Notes under the pieces: model-generated
Told to the model about the DNA's origin: nothing
Database searches by the model: none
The model's input: the letters and a program-made list of their open reading frames with translations, nothing else
Program-made: the position numbers and the translations under genes
Source of the DNA: an uncultured archaeon
GTDB taxonomy: Archaea > Micrarchaeota > Micrarchaeia > Micrarchaeales > CABMGC01
Assembly: GCA_963787445.1 (NCBI GenBank)
Contig: CAWBCT010000005.1
Span: 256,001-320,000 of the forward strand
Length of the DNA: 64,000 nt
Direction: 5' to 3'
Part shown: positions 9,847 through 23,901 of the stretch, one piece after another
Numbering within the stretch: position 1 is the first letter of the stretch
Layout of the letters: each line of letters begins with the position of its first letter

Positions 9847-9977
9847 GCTTGATTCCCTCCTATTAATAATCACTATTCTGGTTTATAAAGCTTTCAGGAG
9901 GCCTGGTTTAGGGCATTAGAAACAATTATATTGGTACTACGGCAAGATTAAGACAAATAGAAGCAGATGCGGATTTT

Positions 9978-10994
9978 ATGAAAATTATCCAGATCGGCAT
10001 CCAGCACGGGAGATACGACAAAAACCTGTACGAGAACACAAAGGACAATGATCAGGGCATCTCCATATCGCGTATCTCGATGGGGCGTTCATCGGTACTT
10101 GGCGGGGCGCTTCCTCTGACATTCAGGACGTTGCTTAGAAGGTTCGGAGAGTATGACATAGTGCATAACCTTTCCGGGTACCCATTTTTCCCTCTGAAAA
10201 CAGGGCCCGTCTTTGCCTCAACTGCTCATGAGATGCAGGTGGTCCTGTACCCAGAGCTTACGCCGTTGCTTACAAAATCCTTCAAGGACCTCCTGTGGAA
10301 CAAACTGATAGTCGACATCGGGCTCCACACTCAGCTTGCATGCGATTACATATTCGCGAACTCGCAACTAACTGGTGAAGGTCTTGTGAAGGCGGGCTTT
10401 CCCAGGTCCAGAATATTCGTGACACCGCTTGGGGTTGACAGGAGGTTCATGACGCCGGTGAAAAAACACAAAGAGGGTAGGATATTCACGGTGGGATCGT
10501 TGGGGGGCCTTAGCGTGCAGAAGAACGCGGCACTTGCGATAGCAGGATTCAGGAAAGTGGAGGATCGTAACATAAGAATGGAGGTGTGGGGGAGGAACTA
10601 CTACGGCGATGCCCTAAATGGGATGGTCGGTGATTCTCCGCAGATAAAGGTCATGGGTCCGGCACCTGAAGATAAGCTTGTCAGCATCTACGATTCATTC
10701 GACGCGTTCATGTTTACTACGAGGTTTGACGGATTTGGGCTGCCGATACTTGAAGCGAAGGCGCGCGGGCTTCCAGTGATAGTATGGAAGCATGGGCACC
10801 TCTCACCCGAAGTAAAGCGATACTGCATTGAGGCTGAGGACGAAGAGCACATTGCACAGATTATAGAGGAGTTGAAGCAGAACGGCTACAACGAGAAGCA
10901 GAGAAAGAAGGCCATGGATGACGCAAGGAGCTTTACCTGGGAAAGAATGGCAGACCAGACGCTTAGGGCATACAAAAAGATGTACAGCGCGTGA
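9978..10994 (+). CDS. GT4 glycosyltransferase
   Basis: DGFGLPILEAKARGLPVI, FTWERMA. Confidence 0.9.
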   Translation: MKIIQIGIQHGRYDKNLYENTKDNDQGISISRISMGRSSVLGGALPLTFRTLLRRFGEYDIVHNLSGYPFFPLKTGPVFASTAHEMQVVLYPELTPLLTKSFKDLLWNKLIVDIGLHTQLACDYIFANSQLTGEGLVKAGFPRSRIFVTPLGVDRRFMTPVKKHKEGRIFTVGSLGGLSVQKNAALAIAGFRKVEDRNIRMEVWGRNYYGDALNGMVGDSPQIKVMGPAPEDKLVSIYDSFDAFMFTTRFDGFGLPILEAKARGLPVIVWKHGHLSPEVKRYCIEAEDEEHIAQIIEELKQNGYNEKQRKKAMDDARSFTWERMADQTLRAYKKMYSA

Positions 10995-11716
10995 TTACTT
11001 TTGCCTTTCAGCATAGATGAAGCCGTGCTTGTCGTACGCCTTCATTACTTCCTTCCTGACGCTGAAGCCCTTTGAGCGAAGAGTCTTCTCGACTATCTCG
11101 GCGCAATTTGGCACCTCGCCATGATATTCTATTTGAAGCAGGTATACCTCGCTAAGGTCTGCATTATTGAAGATGTAGGACTCGGCACCCTCGCAATCCG
11201 CCTTTATTGCGACCCTCTTCTTTCCTTTTAGAACCTCATTCAGAGGTATTACGGATACGCCCTTACCCTCCTTTATTTCTAATGGCGAAGTCCATGGGGT
11301 GCCTTGCGATTTCTCAGACACTGAGATCTCACCCTGCTTGTCCGAGATGGCGCTGTTAAAGAGCACTATCTTGTCGCCGTATGGGGAGAGCGCTATGTTC
11401 TTCTTCGCCTCCTGGTAGGTTGTGGTCATCATCTCGTAGGCATAGATCTTGTGCACGTTATCTGATGCCCCGAAGTATATTGCAGTGTCCCCAACATAGG
11501 CGCCTATGTCTATGATGGTTGTTCCGGGCTGAAGTTTCTTGTACATCCATAGGTACTGCTGCTCTATGAACACCTCTTTGAAGACAGAGTAGTCCAGGTA
11601 GTTTCTCCTGATCCCAGGACCGTGAAGAACTGCTCCGTTATCATGTGGGGTATCGCCAGTGTTATGAAGTTGTATATGTTCTCCGCATGCAGTTTGTCCT
11701 TCAAAGGCCTCGTCAT
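10995..11716 (-). CDS. FkbM family methyltransferase (frameshift near 5' end)
   Basis: IIDIGAYVGD, IKADCEGAE, IEYH; N-terminus lies in another frame from ATG 11716. Confidence 0.8.
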
Positions 11717-12347
11717 TTCTTCACCAGTTTAGAGATCTTCCTTATGTTCTTGGTTATGTCATCGCCGTAAAATAACTCCATGTTCGGTCTATCACCGACT
11801 TGGCAGATTCCACCACTTCAGCTTCTTCAACGCATCCCTTGTCTTCTTGTCGAACCTGAAGTAAAGCAGCTTTGCAGGTGATCCGCCGTATACCCCGTAG
11901 TCCTCAAGCCTCTGCTTTGAGGTGACCAGGCTCTTCGCGCCAGCACTACGCCATCCCCTATGGTGCACCCTCCCAAGAGCATGACATCGCTGCCGATCCA
12001 GCAGTCGTTGCCTATGCTTATGTCGCCGACCACAAAAGATTGATCCGGCGAAAGTTTACGGAATCTTCGGAACGGGTAGGTGGAGATTGAATCGGCCCTG
12101 TGTCCTGAAGACATCATTATCTCGAGCCGGTGGCCTATGCTCGTGTACTTTCCGATCTTCAGGGTCTGTCCCTTGTTCGCCACAACGCTTATTATGCCCG
12201 AGTAGGTGCCCTCTAACCAGGACCCTGCAGCTGGGCTTGTCCGAGAAGTACACATAGGGCCAGCTGCCTAGCGCAGCTTGTAGCTCAGCGATTCTGAGAG
12301 TATGTGGGCTCTTCGCCTTACCGCGTCAAGGAGTTCTCTGTGGCTCA
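11713..12347 (-). CDS. CatB/Vat-type hexapeptide acetyltransferase, frameshifted
   Basis: LKIGKYTSIG, ISTYPF, IGNDCWIG, IGDG; downstream KLKWWNL in another frame. Confidence 0.75.
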
Positions 12348-12391
12348 TCTTATCAGGTATGAAGTAATCGTTTTATTGCTTTATATGGCTT

Positions 12392-13302
12392 TCAGTCGGC
12401 TTCAGCAGATGCCCAGACCGGCGTGACTTCTTGAACTTGTAATCGAAGAGTATCCTGCTCAGAAGCCCGCCGCGTCCCCCGCCTCGCTCAGGCCGCCGAA
12501 GCTTCCGCTGATCTTCGAGCCTATCTTGAACTCTACGTACTTGCTGCGCGCCTCTGTGAGCATCAGTGAGAGCGAGGCATTTCGGACAATTTATGAATAT
12601 CTCATCGTGTATTTTGCCCTTGGCGAAGGTGCTGGCGATGAACTCCCGGACAGCACGAAGAAGTCCTCGGTATCGATGAACCTCTTTTCATTCTTCATGA
12701 ACAGGGATCATGCGGGGGCTTGAACGGCCCTACAGAAGCACGTAGTCGACGCCGAACCTGCAGAGCGTTTCGTAGACTTTCTTCTTGAAAGGACCCTCAA
12801 GAATGCGCAGTACTCCGAGGCTGGCTCATCTAATCAGATGTATGTAATGGCAGTGGTGTTGCTCCGGCTCCGGGTTAATCCAGACAACATCGACCTTGTC
12901 TTCTTCGGTCTTTAGCAGTTCGTCCTTGAGGATCTTGGGGTCGTCTATCTCATACATGTCATCATTCGCCACTATTATCCACTTTGGCGAGTGGCGCATG
13001 GCGGCGGCGACCCCAGGTTCGTATTATGCGCATAGTTGAATAGCGGATCGCGGCCGCTCTCGACCATCACGATATGGAATCCGGCAAAGATCTTCCTGAA
13101 GTTCTTGGCGTGCTCCCCGTTCCGGTCTATTACAGGTACCACGGCTATGATGCTCTTGTCGCCCTCGAACTCTACTACCTAGGTTCATTGTGGGTGCTCT
13201 TTTTCGAGAACTCAATCAGCTCCTGGTGGTTTTGAACTTGGAGTAGAAGGTGAATATGTCCTTAGGGTCCTTGCTGGTGTACAATACCTCGTTTTCATCC
13301 AT
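12392..13302 (-). CDS. GT-A-fold glycosyltransferase-like protein, multiply frameshifted
   Basis: Fragments IIAVVPV, VESG..FNYAHN.NLG, KWIIVANDDMY. Confidence 0.55.
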
Positions 13303-13306
13303 TACA

Positions 13307-14431
13307 TTACTGCCTTGCTGCTTTCTTGTAAGATTTCAGTGTCTCCTTCACCACGTTCTCCCAGGTGAACCCGCGGGCCTTATGAAGCCCTTCTTTTTGA
13401 GCAGCTCGCGCTTCTTCTTGTCTTTCGACAGCTCGTAGACCTTCTTCGCCCACTCCTTGAGTCTGCGGGTTTGTCAACGAGCAACGCGGCCCCGCCTGCA
13501 GCCTCAGGGAGCGCGGATGCCCTGGAGGTTATTACAGGTGTGCCACAGGCCATCGCCTCTATTATCGGGAACCCGAGGCCTTCGTATATGGAGGGATAAA
13601 CTGAAAGAAGGGCACAGCCGTAGAGAAGCTGGAGGTCCTTGCCGTACACCCAGGTAAGTCCGATAACGTCCTTTCCTTCCTCAAGCTTCAGCTCCTTGAG
13701 CCTGGGCGCCAGCTTGACCATGTCGACGCGCGTCAATACCAATGGCATTGTGGAGTTGTACTTGTGTTTTAGTATGGACCACGCGCGCAGCATCGTGTCG
13801 GTGTTCTTGTTGGAGGCCATTCCTCCGCCAACATATATGACGTAGTCCGATGGTCCGAGCTTGTATCTCTTCCTTACGTACGCAGGACCTGTGCGTCTGT
13901 CCTTCGCGTTAACCGGGTGGAGGCTTCAACCCCAAAGTATGTGACGTCGATGCGGTTGAGCGGGAAGCCGTACTTCTCGTGGATCTCGTGGCGCTGCGTG
14001 TCGGATACGGAGATTATGCGGTCTGCAAAGCGGGCAGCGGTCCTATAGTTCAACAGCCAGTAGGCGGTCTCCTTCAGAGAGAAGTTGAAGTACTCCGAGT
14101 GGAGGCCGTGGAAGGTTGAGACCAGGGCCACCTTGCGCAGTGACTTCGGCACCAGCGGCAGCGTGTAGGCCATGGAATGGTACACGTCTATCTTGTCCCG
14201 GTCCAGCAGGTCGGTAAACAGCTTGGTTCGCCAAAGGGGATAGGAAAGGTTTACCTTTCGCACCGTATAGTTGCCGGTGAAATTGAGCTTCGGGACCTGG
14301 TTCTTGTTCACGTATATGACGTACTCGTTCTCCTTGTCATTTTTTAGCAGATGCTCAGTGAGCTCGAAGGAGTACTTGACTATGCCGCTGCCCGGCTTGA
14401 GGAAGATTCTGCCGTATAGGCCAATTTTCAT
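13307..14431 (-). CDS. GT4 glycosyltransferase, frameshifted
   Basis: ORFs 13874-14449 and 13380-13820; YPSIYEGLGFPIIEAMACGTPVI. Confidence 0.85.
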
Positions 14432-14610
14432 CTTATTCACATTCAACAAAGTGCGCAGAAAGGCAAGTGCGCCATAATCAAATAATAAGTATGAGGCAGT
14501 ATTTATTAATTACTTCGCAATACCCGCAGTTCCGACGACTATGGTGGTTAAGTTTGTGTATAAAAAGGTTTAGTTGCTAGTTATTATCATAAAAGTGTTG
14601 GACGATTCAA

Positions 14611-15600
<990 letters not shown>

Positions 15601-16822
15601 GAGTTTACAGGCCTGCCTCCCTTTTTGAGATACCAACTCATCTTCTTCTTTTTCCGTAATCCATATTAGTTCCAGGCTCCGACTATCAGGTAGTCGGGCA
15701 TGTCGCTTCTGATGAACCGCTCGTGCTTTACGAGTATGTTCGCCTTTGGGATGTGGCGGCCTATCTTCGCAGGAGTGTAGTCATATGCATACTCTATCTG
15801 CTCGTTGGTTATCTCGCAGAAGTTAAGCAGCGTGGCGATCTTTGCCGGCGCCATCCAGATGGAAACGCGCTTCCCGTTCCTGTTCAGAGAGCCTATCAGC
15901 TTCCTGATCTCCCGCTTTCTCTGGTCGGCCTGTTTCTGGAGCCCCCTTCATCGTCTTGAGATCGTATAATCCGGACTGCTTCTCCAGCAGCATGAACCTT
16001 TTCAGCGGGCCCTCCTTTCCGTGCTTCCTTCCGGAGCACGCGGACCGAGCCGCCGAGCTGCTTCGGAAGGTACCTCACATCCACAATCTTGAGCCCGCAG
16101 CTGTGCGCAAGCCTGGTAAACGCCCTGATGTTCGCAAGACGTAGTAGTGCTCGGCGTAGATGGTGTCTATCTGGAAGTTCTTGACGAAATCCTTCAGCCA
16201 GTGGACCTCTATGGAAATGGTTCCCGTCTCTCCCGCAAGCCTCTTCATCCCCAGCAGCATGTCCCGGGGATCTGGGATATCGGCAAACCAGTTTGTTCGC
16301 CATTACAAGGTCTGCCGTGCCGTACTTGGTCGCCATGGAATCAGCCAGCTCGCTGCCGAAGAAGCTGTTTATGGTCTTGTGACCGTTGCTGTTGGCAAGC
16401 CGGGCCATGTTCTTCGTGGGTTCCACACCTATGACCTGCTTGAATCCTCCATGTTTCTTGAGCAGTGCTATCTCTGTGCCATCTAGTTGGAGCCCACCAC
16501 CACCGCAAACTCTCTGCGCTTCAGGTTCTTCTTCATTACAGAAGCCAGCGCCTTGAGATGATCAACTCGGGGCGTTATCCTTGATACTGAATAGGTGTAG
16601 TGGCTGTTGAATAGTTCTGACCTATCCACCAGCTCGGCCTGCTGGAAAAATGTGCAGTCTTTGCACCAGTAGCACACCAGCGGGTAGCTCTTCACCCTCT
16701 TTTAAGCTGCTGCTTGGTGAGAAACCCGTTGGCATTCGGCATGCTGCCCAGGTCGAGCACCTTGACCAGATTGTTGCTGCCACATACTTTGCACGAGTAA
16801 TCCAAAATATCACATCTATGCT

Positions 16823-17371
16823 TCAGTCTCTGCGTCCTGAAGCTTCGGCCAGCCTTTGTCCGAATAAGACAGTACCGGTTCGGCCAGAAGAGGAGCACGG
16901 TTATTCCCAATGCGGGGTCATTCCCCAGTACTCCCCTGCTCCACTCCTTTGAGTACTCCTTTGTCGTCCTATAAAGGATGGCCGTGTTGTCTTCAAGAGC
17001 CATGAAGCCATGCGCAAATCCTTCCGGGACCCACAGCATCCGGGGCTTGTCAGATGAAAGCCCCACTCCCTATCCATTTTGAATATGTTGCAGAGCTTTT
17101 CCTGATATCAACCACGACGTCGAATATGCTTCCGGAGAGAACCGTAACCAGCTTTCCTTGCTGCGCCGGTTTCAGCTGGTAGTGCAGACCGCGCACCACA
17201 TTTTTCCTTGACTTTGAGATGCTCTCCTGTGCAAAAGTCTGGGAAATGCCGTTGGCTTCAAACTCGGAGTGCTTATACATCTTCGATAAATGAGCCCTTG
17301 TTGTCAGGATGCGAGTCGCAGTCCACCAGCAGCACATCAGGGATGCCCAGTTTGGTGAATTTAAGTGTCAT
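16823..17371 (-). CDS. rmlC: dTDP-4-dehydrorhamnose 3,5-epimerase, frameshifted
   Basis: VVRGLHYQ, QGKLV, IFDVVVDIRKSS, LWVPEGFAHGF. Confidence 0.9.
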
Positions 17372-18135
17372 CTACTCGTGCTCACTTTTGCGACTTTTGG
17401 TAGATACATGTTCTTTGCCAGCTCATTGGCTTTGAACAGGGACTCAAACGTCCCAGTTGTCACGTCCACTCGGATTCTATTATCTTGTAATCAAGCTTCC
17501 CTTCATTAAGGTACATATTTATGAGATCGGTCATCTCCAGCTCTCCGCGCGCAGATGGCTTCAGCTTCTTTATCCTGCCGAATGCAGTATCATCGATCAG
17601 ATACATGCCGGTGAGCGCATAGTTCGACTTTGGCACCTTGGGCTTCTCCTCGAACGCAACAATCCTATTGCTTCCATCAAAGGCAGGAACACCAAAGCGC
17701 GCAGGGTTCTCCACCTGCTTGAGGAATACCATTGCACCCTTCTTTTTCTCGAATTCGGCGATGCTTGAGCGTATCATCTCAAACTCTGAATCGGTGAAAT
17801 TGAATATGTTGTCACCCAGAATAACTACCACATTCTCTCCTTTGAACACGCCAAGCGCAAGACTGAGCGCATGTGCTATGCCAAGAGAACCTTCCTGAAC
17901 CTTGTAGGTGATATTGACCCCAAACTCGTGTGCCACTTCCCAGCAATCCTGCAAAACTTCCGGTGTGATCCTTTCCGGTAACCACAAGAAGGTCGGTTAT
18001 CCCAAAACTTGCCAGCGCTGCTATGGCGTAGTAGATCATGGGTTTGTTGAATATGAGATTAAGGTTCTTGTTGGTCACTTTTGTTATTGGACGCAGGCGC
18101 GTGCCTTCTCCTCCCGCAAGTACTACTCCTTTCAT
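17372..18135 (-). CDS. rmlA: Glucose-1-phosphate thymidylyltransferase, frameshifted
   Basis: GVVLAGGEGTRLRP, LGDN, FEEKP, LKPSARGELE. Confidence 0.9.
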
Positions 18136-18209
18136 ATTTAACCCCAGAATACCTCATTTTTAGATTGGATTACGCTGATATTTAAACGTAATGCTCGTAT
18201 AAATCCAAC

Positions 18210-19086
18210 ATGGACAAGCTGCTTGTTGTAGGGGGTAGCGGCCTTCTTGGAAGCAAGCTTTTGGAGCGCTGCAAAGGCACGTTTTCCGTGTTATCCACCT
18301 ATAAAAACACACGCGTTGGAAGGCAAAGGCTCATTCATGCTGGACGTGACTGACAAGGAAGCAACCGCAAAGCTGATTGGGAAGATTAAGCCCGATTATG
18401 TCATAGATACGCATGCGCTGACGAATTTGGACTACTGCGAGATGCACAAGGAAGAGGCCTGGGAGGTCAACGTCGTGGGTGCGCAGAACATGGCCAAGGC
18501 GTGCAAAAAACTCGGTTCCAAATATGTCTTCCTCTCGACTGACTCGGTGTTTGATGGCAAAAAGAAAAGCTATGTGGAGGAGGACAGTACCAACCCGTTG
18601 AACTATTACGGGAAGACGAAACTTGCAGCCGAGCAGGCGATAGAAGCAACCTGGGAGGATTGTATCATAGCCAGAACCTCGGTCATTTACGGAAAAGGAG
18701 GCATGAACAAGGTGAACTTTGCTTCGTGGCTTATCGAGAAGCTATCCAAGGGCGAACGGGCAAATATCGTCGTTGATCAGTATAACAATCCTACCCTGGT
18801 TGATAACCTGGCTGACCTCCTGTTGAGGCTCATTGAGAAGGACGCAACGGGCCTGTTCCATGCCACTGGAAAGAATTGCATCAGCAGGTATGATTTTTCC
18901 TTGCAGATAGCAGACACCTTCGGCTTAAATAAGAAATTGATAAACTCCATCACCACATCGGAACTGAACCAGATAGCAAAAAGGCCGCTGAGGGTGGATA
19001 TGTGCGTCACAAAGGCAGAGCAGTCCTCGGGGCTAAAGATGCTCACTACTAATCAGGGTCTACGGGAGCTAAGGAAACAGAAGTAG
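18210..19086 (+). CDS. rmlD: dTDP-4-dehydrorhamnose reductase, frameshift near 5' end
   Basis: MDKLLVVGGSGLLG from ATG 18210; STDSVFDG, YGKTK, DQ..NPT. Confidence 0.9.
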
Positions 19087-19114
19087 GCACTTCTGCGCAC
19101 TATTTTCAAATGGT

Positions 19115-19957
19115 CTAGGCAGTCCTATGGCAAAACAGGTTGCCGCCGGCTTTGTCGACTATGTGCATATTGTCTATTGTGAAGCCAGAGTCCGTTATCT
19201 TCTTTAGGAGCTCTTTCCCGGCGCTGGGATTCTTTTGGATTATGTCTGAATTGTACTCCACCACCAGGTACCTGCACCGGGCAAGGGTGCTTTTTGCGCC
19301 GTTTATAGCATCAAGTTCAGAACCCTCAATGTCCATCTTATTATGGTGATGTCCAGTCCGTTATTAGGTTGTCTAGGGTGTTGGTCTTCACCGATTGAAT
19401 TGGCTTGCGGCCGTCTGAAATGAGGGAGTTTGCGCCGGCCCATTCCTGATCACCATACAGATGGCGCGTGCTCTCCGTGGACGAGATTGCAGACGGGCTT
19501 AGCACAACATTCTTGCAGTTGTTTCTCTTTACTTCCTCTTTAGTATGGCCCTGGTAGAATCGTTTGGCTCAAATGAATACACTTTATTTGCCAGTTGGGA
19601 CATTAGCACGGTAAAGTAGTCAATGTTTGCGCCGGCGTCTATGGCAACGCCCTTGTGCTTGTGAAGCGCATCTGAGATGGATTTTGGAATATCAGGCTCG
19701 TAGATGCCCCCGCTCCTTAAAAAAGAAAGGCTATCGTGCTCGTCTATTTCAAGGGCCGCCCCATAATCTGTTGTAATTATTTTGCCTTTGGCTAAGCTGC
19801 TCACCCATTTCTCCGCGCCTTTTCCACCATTGGGATATTGCCCAGCTTGGAACCTTCCAGTGAATTGTACAAGAAGTTGTAGATCTTTTGTGAAATGCTC
19901 ATTTACTCACTTTCCCGTTGGCGTGGCTTTCGCCGTTGCCACACTCCGTCAAACCAT
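19115..19957 (-). CDS. FkbM family methyltransferase, frameshifted (start approximate)
   Basis: IDAGANI, SFEP, KMDIEGSE in separate frames. Confidence 0.75.
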
Positions 19958-20020
19958 AGCGTGCAATAATATATACTATGAGGTTTTTATAGTGTGGCGA
20001 GCGAGTCGCCTTAGAAAATC

Positions 20021-20815
20021 GTGGTTAATTTGAACTTCATCCAGAGAAGCAGCAAGGTTATGCGTGAAGAGGGGATTGGCGGGTTCCTGCGCAATATCTA
20101 TGCGTATGCAACATCTGTGGCATTGCAGACGTACGACGCTCTCGTGCTAACCGTTGCAACACCGCAAGTCATCGCCTCTTTCAAGACCCAATCAGAACGG
20201 GTTAGGGGCCTAAAGGGGCTGGTAGAATTCTCATACAGATTCAGCTTCCTGGGCTTTTCGTTCAAACCAGTACAGTTGCGCAGCGAGATAACTGAACTGC
20301 TCAACATCCTTCAGAAGCGCAACATTCACGCAATGCTTGAAATAGGCACGGACAGTGGCGGGACACTATTTCTGTTCTCCCACGTCTCAGCACCAGATGC
20401 AAAAATCATAAGCATCAACCTCCCATGGAGCACGCTTAATGAGTACTGCATGCGATACCGCAATATTCTCTATAAGAATTTTGCGACTCAAAGGCAGCAG
20501 ATGAACTTGCTTACCGAGAATTCTCACGAACAAGCCACCCTAACAAAAACGCACAAGCTTTTGAAGGGGAATAAATTGGACTTCCTGTTCATAGACGGCG
20601 ACCATAGCTATGACGGTGTGAAACAGGACTTTGAGATGTATGCACCCTTAGTGAGGAAAGGAGGGGTCGTGGCGTTCCATGACATAGCAATGGCGCCGGA
20701 GAGCAAATCCAACCCAGTGTATAAATATTGGATGGAGCTTAGGGCGAAGCACGGGAACAGGAGTTCGGAGATAGTGCACAGTGACAGGTACGGGATCGGG
20801 GTCATTTATCTCTAG
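20021..20815 (+). CDS. Class I SAM methyltransferase (Methyltransf_24-like)
   Basis: LEIGT..GG, DFLFIDGDHSY, GGVVAFHD. Confidence 0.85.
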   Translation: MVNLNFIQRSSKVMREEGIGGFLRNIYAYATSVALQTYDALVLTVATPQVIASFKTQSERVRGLKGLVEFSYRFSFLGFSFKPVQLRSEITELLNILQKRNIHAMLEIGTDSGGTLFLFSHVSAPDAKIISINLPWSTLNEYCMRYRNILYKNFATQRQQMNLLTENSHEQATLTKTHKLLKGNKLDFLFIDGDHSYDGVKQDFEMYAPLVRKGGVVAFHDIAMAPESKSNPVYKYWMELRAKHGNRSSEIVHSDRYGIGVIYL

Positions 20816-21852
20816 CATGCAGCCGGTGGTATCGTTCTATAATCAGTTTAATCAGCAGGTCTATGCCTTGTTTTTTCTTTCCATACTTTTCGTTTAGCGA
20901 AACTATCGTGCTCTCCTTGTCCAGAGACAGAAACTCGGTTATCCCGATATCATTCACTATTTTCGAGATCTCGAACTCTTTCGCGCTGTCCGGTCTCTTT
21001 TTTAGTCGCTGCATTCGTTTAACATAGGCATTGACGCCAGCCGGAAGCGCAGGCAGGGTTTGGATGCTGCGCAGGGTAAATATGTACCCAAGGGTCTTAA
21101 CGTAGCAATATACCCAATAATCAAAGCTTGAGAGCTCCTGATCCGGCTGTTTGGATGAGACCTGTTCGTAAAATCCAGTACAGAAAGTACTATCCTGCCC
21201 CTCAGCGTGCTTCTCACCTGGGCACTGTCCTTGACAGAGATCTTTGCCAGGTATTCCAGCATGCGCTCGTTGTACATGCCGTAGCTGAGCCGGTCGAATC
21301 GCTCTATTTGGGAGTATTCGGCTGCGCTCTTCGTCCTGAGCTCGTTTCGATGCTCTAGGTGGTATGGCTCCTCGAGCTTTTCGGTCACTCCGCTAACGAT
21401 CGGCTGCTCGTGCAGGAGGCCCTTGTAAAGCACCTTTGACTTCCTGAAAAGGCGCGTCTGCCAGGTGAACACGTTGCCTCTGCCCTCAGAGCTCACCAGC
21501 TCGTAACGCCTTATTGCAAAAGCATCGCATTTTCTTTTTATTATTGAGGAAAGGTCTTCCTTGAAGCTCTCGCACAGACGTTCGTCCGTATCAACCAAAA
21601 AGACCCATTCGTTCTTGCACTTGCTGAGCCCGTACATGCGGAGCGGGTCCGGATATCCGAGAGCCGGAACCCTGTACACCTTAAGGTTTGCAGGGCCCTT
21701 GGCCTTCATCTTCCTGAGCATCTTGTCATGCAGACGGAATTGCTGGAATCCATCAGGATTATCTCGCCCGCTACCGTTTTCATCTCCTCAATCAACGACC
21801 ACGCGTTGTCCAAATCATTTCTTGAGAATATGAGAAGTGAGATTTTGTCCAT
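20802..21852 (-). CDS. GT2 glycosyltransferase, frameshifted
   Basis: EIILMDSS, WVFLVDTDER, RLFRK..Y.G.LHEQP. Confidence 0.8.
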
Positions 21853-21860
21853 TTCTACAC

Positions 21861-23048
21861 CTATACGGAGTCAAGCATGCGTCTTATCCTGGCGACTATT
21901 ACCTTGTCAGAGTACGCCTTGAGCACATAGCTACTAATCTTTCCCCTGAGCCTCTCGTATGCCTTCCTATCCGAATGCCATAGATCATAATAGTTCAGTA
22001 CCGAACGGGCGAAGGCCTCAACATCGAATGGGCTGACAAGTGCGCCCTGAAAACTCCTTCTTCATGATATCCTTAGGACCCTTCACATTAAAGGCAACGA
22101 CTGGCAGGCCATAGGCTTGGGCCTCTATGAGGGACAGCCCGAAGGACTCGAACCTTGAAGGGAACACCAGAGGCTGGCCGAGTTGTACTCCTTGCTTAAT
22201 TCATTGTCATCAAGGAAACCAGGCCACGCAACATTGCCGTGATGCCTATCAACAATAGACCTGACAAGCTCCTCACCGTCTCCACCGGAACCAAAAATTC
22301 GAAACTTTATCTTGTTGTTCTCCGAAAGCACCCTGTCTATGACCTTATTGAGCAGGTCTATGCCCTTATGATTCACATTGAGTCTTCCGGCAAAGACCGC
22401 TACAAAACTCTTGTGGTTTAATTGCTTCTGCTTTTGATGGATCACAAAGTTAGGTATTTGATAAACTCTGGCGTTGGGATAGTTGCTTCTAACCAGCCTC
22501 GCGTCCTCATCGTTTATTACGTGAAAGGCCTTGACCTTGCGCAAAGAGCTCTTGTACCTTGCCGAAAGGTGCCCATAGACACCCGGCTGACTCTTGAAGA
22601 TGTTCGCGAAAAGCGGGTTGTGGGCCCCGAAAATCAGCTTCTTGTTCATCTCCGCCGCGAATCGCACTGAAAGCGTGAAGAGAACCGGATTAAAGCTAAG
22701 CAAATATATAACGTCCGCCTCGCTTATCGCCTTTCTGAGCCGCAGGATAGAGCCAGGCAGAAGTATTGCCAGGGTGAAGGGTTCCTCTCCGAAGGCAGTC
22801 CGCGTTAACCCGAGACCCTTGAGCGTGATTATCGATTTTGGACCTAGGCCGTACTGCTTTGCTATGTACTCCTGGGTGATCCGGCTGGTGCCGTGCTGGG
22901 AGACATAGTGCAGCATGCTTATCTCGTACGCCTTGCCGAGCCGCTTCGCTGTCTCTAGGGCCCACCTCTCCCCTCCCCCAAAGGAGTAGAGGGTGTTTGT
23001 TATGAAAAGCACGCGCTTTTTGCTCGGCAGAAACAACACCTTGTACAC
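21861..23048 (-). CDS. GT4 glycosyltransferase, frameshifted near 3' end
   Basis: GGGERW, FAGRL..HKG; PSRFESFGL..IEAQAYGLPVV in another frame. Confidence 0.85.
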
Positions 23049-23151
23049 TAGATATCAATATCAAGTTTTATAAGCAGTTGCGATTTCCCTCTGCTCGCCA
23101 CTTTCTGCGCAAAGTCCCAGCCCACCAAAACACATATAATATAATGTTTTG

Positions 23152-23167
23152 TAATGTTATAACATTA
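23152..23167. promoter_or_regulatory. 16-bp perfect palindrome TAATGTTATAACATTA, putative operator
   Basis: Self-complementary, with extra AATGTT/AACATT half-sites on both sides, just upstream of the start at 23185. Confidence 0.35.
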
Positions 23168-23184
23168 TATAACATTGTGATTGC

Positions 23185-23862
23185 GTGGAACTGCTCATCG
23201 TGCGGCATGGCGAGACGGTCGCGAATACGAAGAACCTCATCCAGGGCCAGACCCACGGGAGCCTGACGGAAAAGGGCGAGGCCCAGGCGAGGCTGGTGGC
23301 GAGAAGGCTGAGGAGGAAGAAGATAGATGCGATCTTCTCGAGCGACCTGAAACGGGCGAGGGACACGGCTAGCACCATAGCCGAATACCATGAGACACCG
23401 GTGTACCACATCACCTGGCTGCGGGGAAGGGCCTCGGGCAGGTATGAGGGGATGCGGTGGGAGGATGTGGTTGCCGAGCTTGGCCAGGAGAGGGCGTTCA
23501 ACAACACGAGGTACAGGTTCGGCGAAGGCGGGGAGAGCCTGCTGGACATGAGGAAGCGGATGCACGCTTTCGTAAATGCGGTCAAGAAGATCAACCCGGA
23601 CGGCACCGTGGTGGTCTGCACCCACAGGCACTGCGTCATGATACTCCTGAGCGTAATCTTCGATGTCCCGCTAAAGCAGGTGCTTGCCGAGATGAGGAAT
23701 GTGAAGGACGCGCAGATCATAGAAAACAGCGGCGTTGTCCGGATACTGCTGGGCGAGGGCGGGGCGAGATATACCGGAGGCAACGTAACCATAAAGCGGA
23801 TAGCGGCCCTTGGGAGGAGCCATCGGAGGAGCCAGCGTGCGCTCTCGCTGGATAGTCTATAA
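23185..23862 (+). CDS. Histidine phosphatase family protein
   Basis: VRHGET, SSDLKRA, GGES, VCTH. Confidence 0.9.
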   Translation: MELLIVRHGETVANTKNLIQGQTHGSLTEKGEAQARLVARRLRRKKIDAIFSSDLKRARDTASTIAEYHETPVYHITWLRGRASGRYEGMRWEDVVAELGQERAFNNTRYRFGEGGESLLDMRKRMHAFVNAVKKINPDGTVVVCTHRHCVMILLSVIFDVPLKQVLAEMRNVKDAQIIENSGVVRILLGEGGARYTGGNVTIKRIAALGRSHRRSQRALSLDSL

Positions 23863-23901
23863 ACTTTGCCGTAATAAGCTAATTGTCGAGAAGTGTAGAG
23901 C

